Source: Auanema rhodensis | Lineage: Eukaryota; Animalia; Nematoda | Direction: 5' to 3' | Length of the DNA: 64,000 nucleotides | NCBI GenBank assembly: GCA_964057225.1 | Contig: OZ059896.1 | Coordinates: 9,548,001 to 9,612,000 of the forward strand | Shown here: positions 63,280 through 64,000 of the stretch, piece after piece | How positions within the stretch are numbered: position 1 is the stretch's first letter | Layout of the letters: every line of letters begins with the position of its first letter | Position numbers and translations under genes: made by a program | Notes under the pieces: model-generated | The model's database searches: none | Told to the model about the DNA's origin: nothing | Seen by the model: the letters and a program-made list of their open reading frames with translations, nothing else

Positions 63280-63830
63280 AATATGCTGGAGAATGTATTC
63301 GTAGGCTTCGTTTTCAATGATGTTCTTGAAGCAAGACCAGCTGCTTCTAGTCATAGTCGCCAGCTCAAGAAAGAAAATTCTGGTTGCCTAATTCTAGTCA
63401 ATATTGCAGGATATGCTAATGATATATTATTTCTTGAAATAACATTTTTCTAGCCCATAGATAACATTAAGCTTTAAGTGACAATCCGTTATTTCAACAA
63501 TGGCCTTATATTCACTATTTTATAATAAGAAGATAAACCAAAATAGTTGTAATTGCATGTTTATTGATTATCTTTCAATAAAAATGAAAGATTGAATTAT
63601 GCGTTATGTTCTATGCCCTTATATGCTAGAATAAAATATTGCTCCCCCTCCTTTATCTGAATCATATCACTCAAAGAACAGTTTGTCTACTACCCGTTTT
63701 AATCTGTTGTTTTGAAGTCGTGCCACAAATATGTAGGATTTGCCTGGAATTATTTTTCAGATATAGATTGACAGTTTTGGTCATATAGAATATGCCGATT
63801 TCAAGGTTATATGCCCGACTTCGTAAACCC
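63280..63830 (-). mobile_element. Possible decayed CR1-like LINE endonuclease remnant
   Basis: DKGGGS, AGDYD (cf. GDFN) and KPT (cf. PTR) occur in order. Confidence 0.3.
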
Positions 63831-64000
63831 TATGCTCACCTTTTCACTGGATTAGTATTCCTCTTCTCAATGGAAATAACCATTAGGTTGATTTTATTGA
63901 GTTTTATATCCTGTATATGATTTGTTGCCACGACCACATAGCATTGCAACATAATAACGCATATATATATGTGGGCTTGGCAATATGAAATCAAAGTAAT

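Noticed and set aside
1-64000. CRISPR arrays, rRNA, tRNA, telomeric TTAGGC arrays, bacterial HGT segments
   Set aside because: None seen by eye. All recognisable genes are intron-containing nematode-type. A tRNAscan-SE/Infernal run would be needed to exclude small RNAs.

Overview
AT-rich eukaryotic genomic DNA with many 40-60 nt GT-AG introns and acceptor sites directly upstream of several ATGs. This points to a nematode, probably a clade V rhabditid (inference from the gene set and intron style). I reconstructed ten spliced genes by hand. On the minus strand: an uncharacterised large-intron gene, a HIPK-like kinase lacking both catalytic aspartates, a glt-6-like glutamate transporter, a Str-superfamily chemoreceptor, a secreted C-type lectin, NDUFA5 and a RUN-FYVE (RUFY) gene. 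On the plus strand: an F-box/FBA_2-like gene, p190 RhoGAP (rga-5-like) and an nhr-34-like nuclear receptor. Much of the intergenic and intronic DNA looks like heavily decayed BEL/Pao LTR and LINE remnants. There is also a young Tc1/mariner-type non-autonomous element, partly duplicated 1.8 kb away, and a Merlin-like fragment. The strongest novelty candidate is the intact HIPK-derived pseudokinase. Other points of interest are a candidate micro-exon in the RhoGAP domain, alternative C-termini in the nuclear receptor, a repeat pair that could delete the chemoreceptor's 5' half, frequent AAG splice acceptors and a perfect 20-bp promoter palindrome. I found no convincing new multi-gene system. All homology calls come from motif recognition and memory, not database searches.
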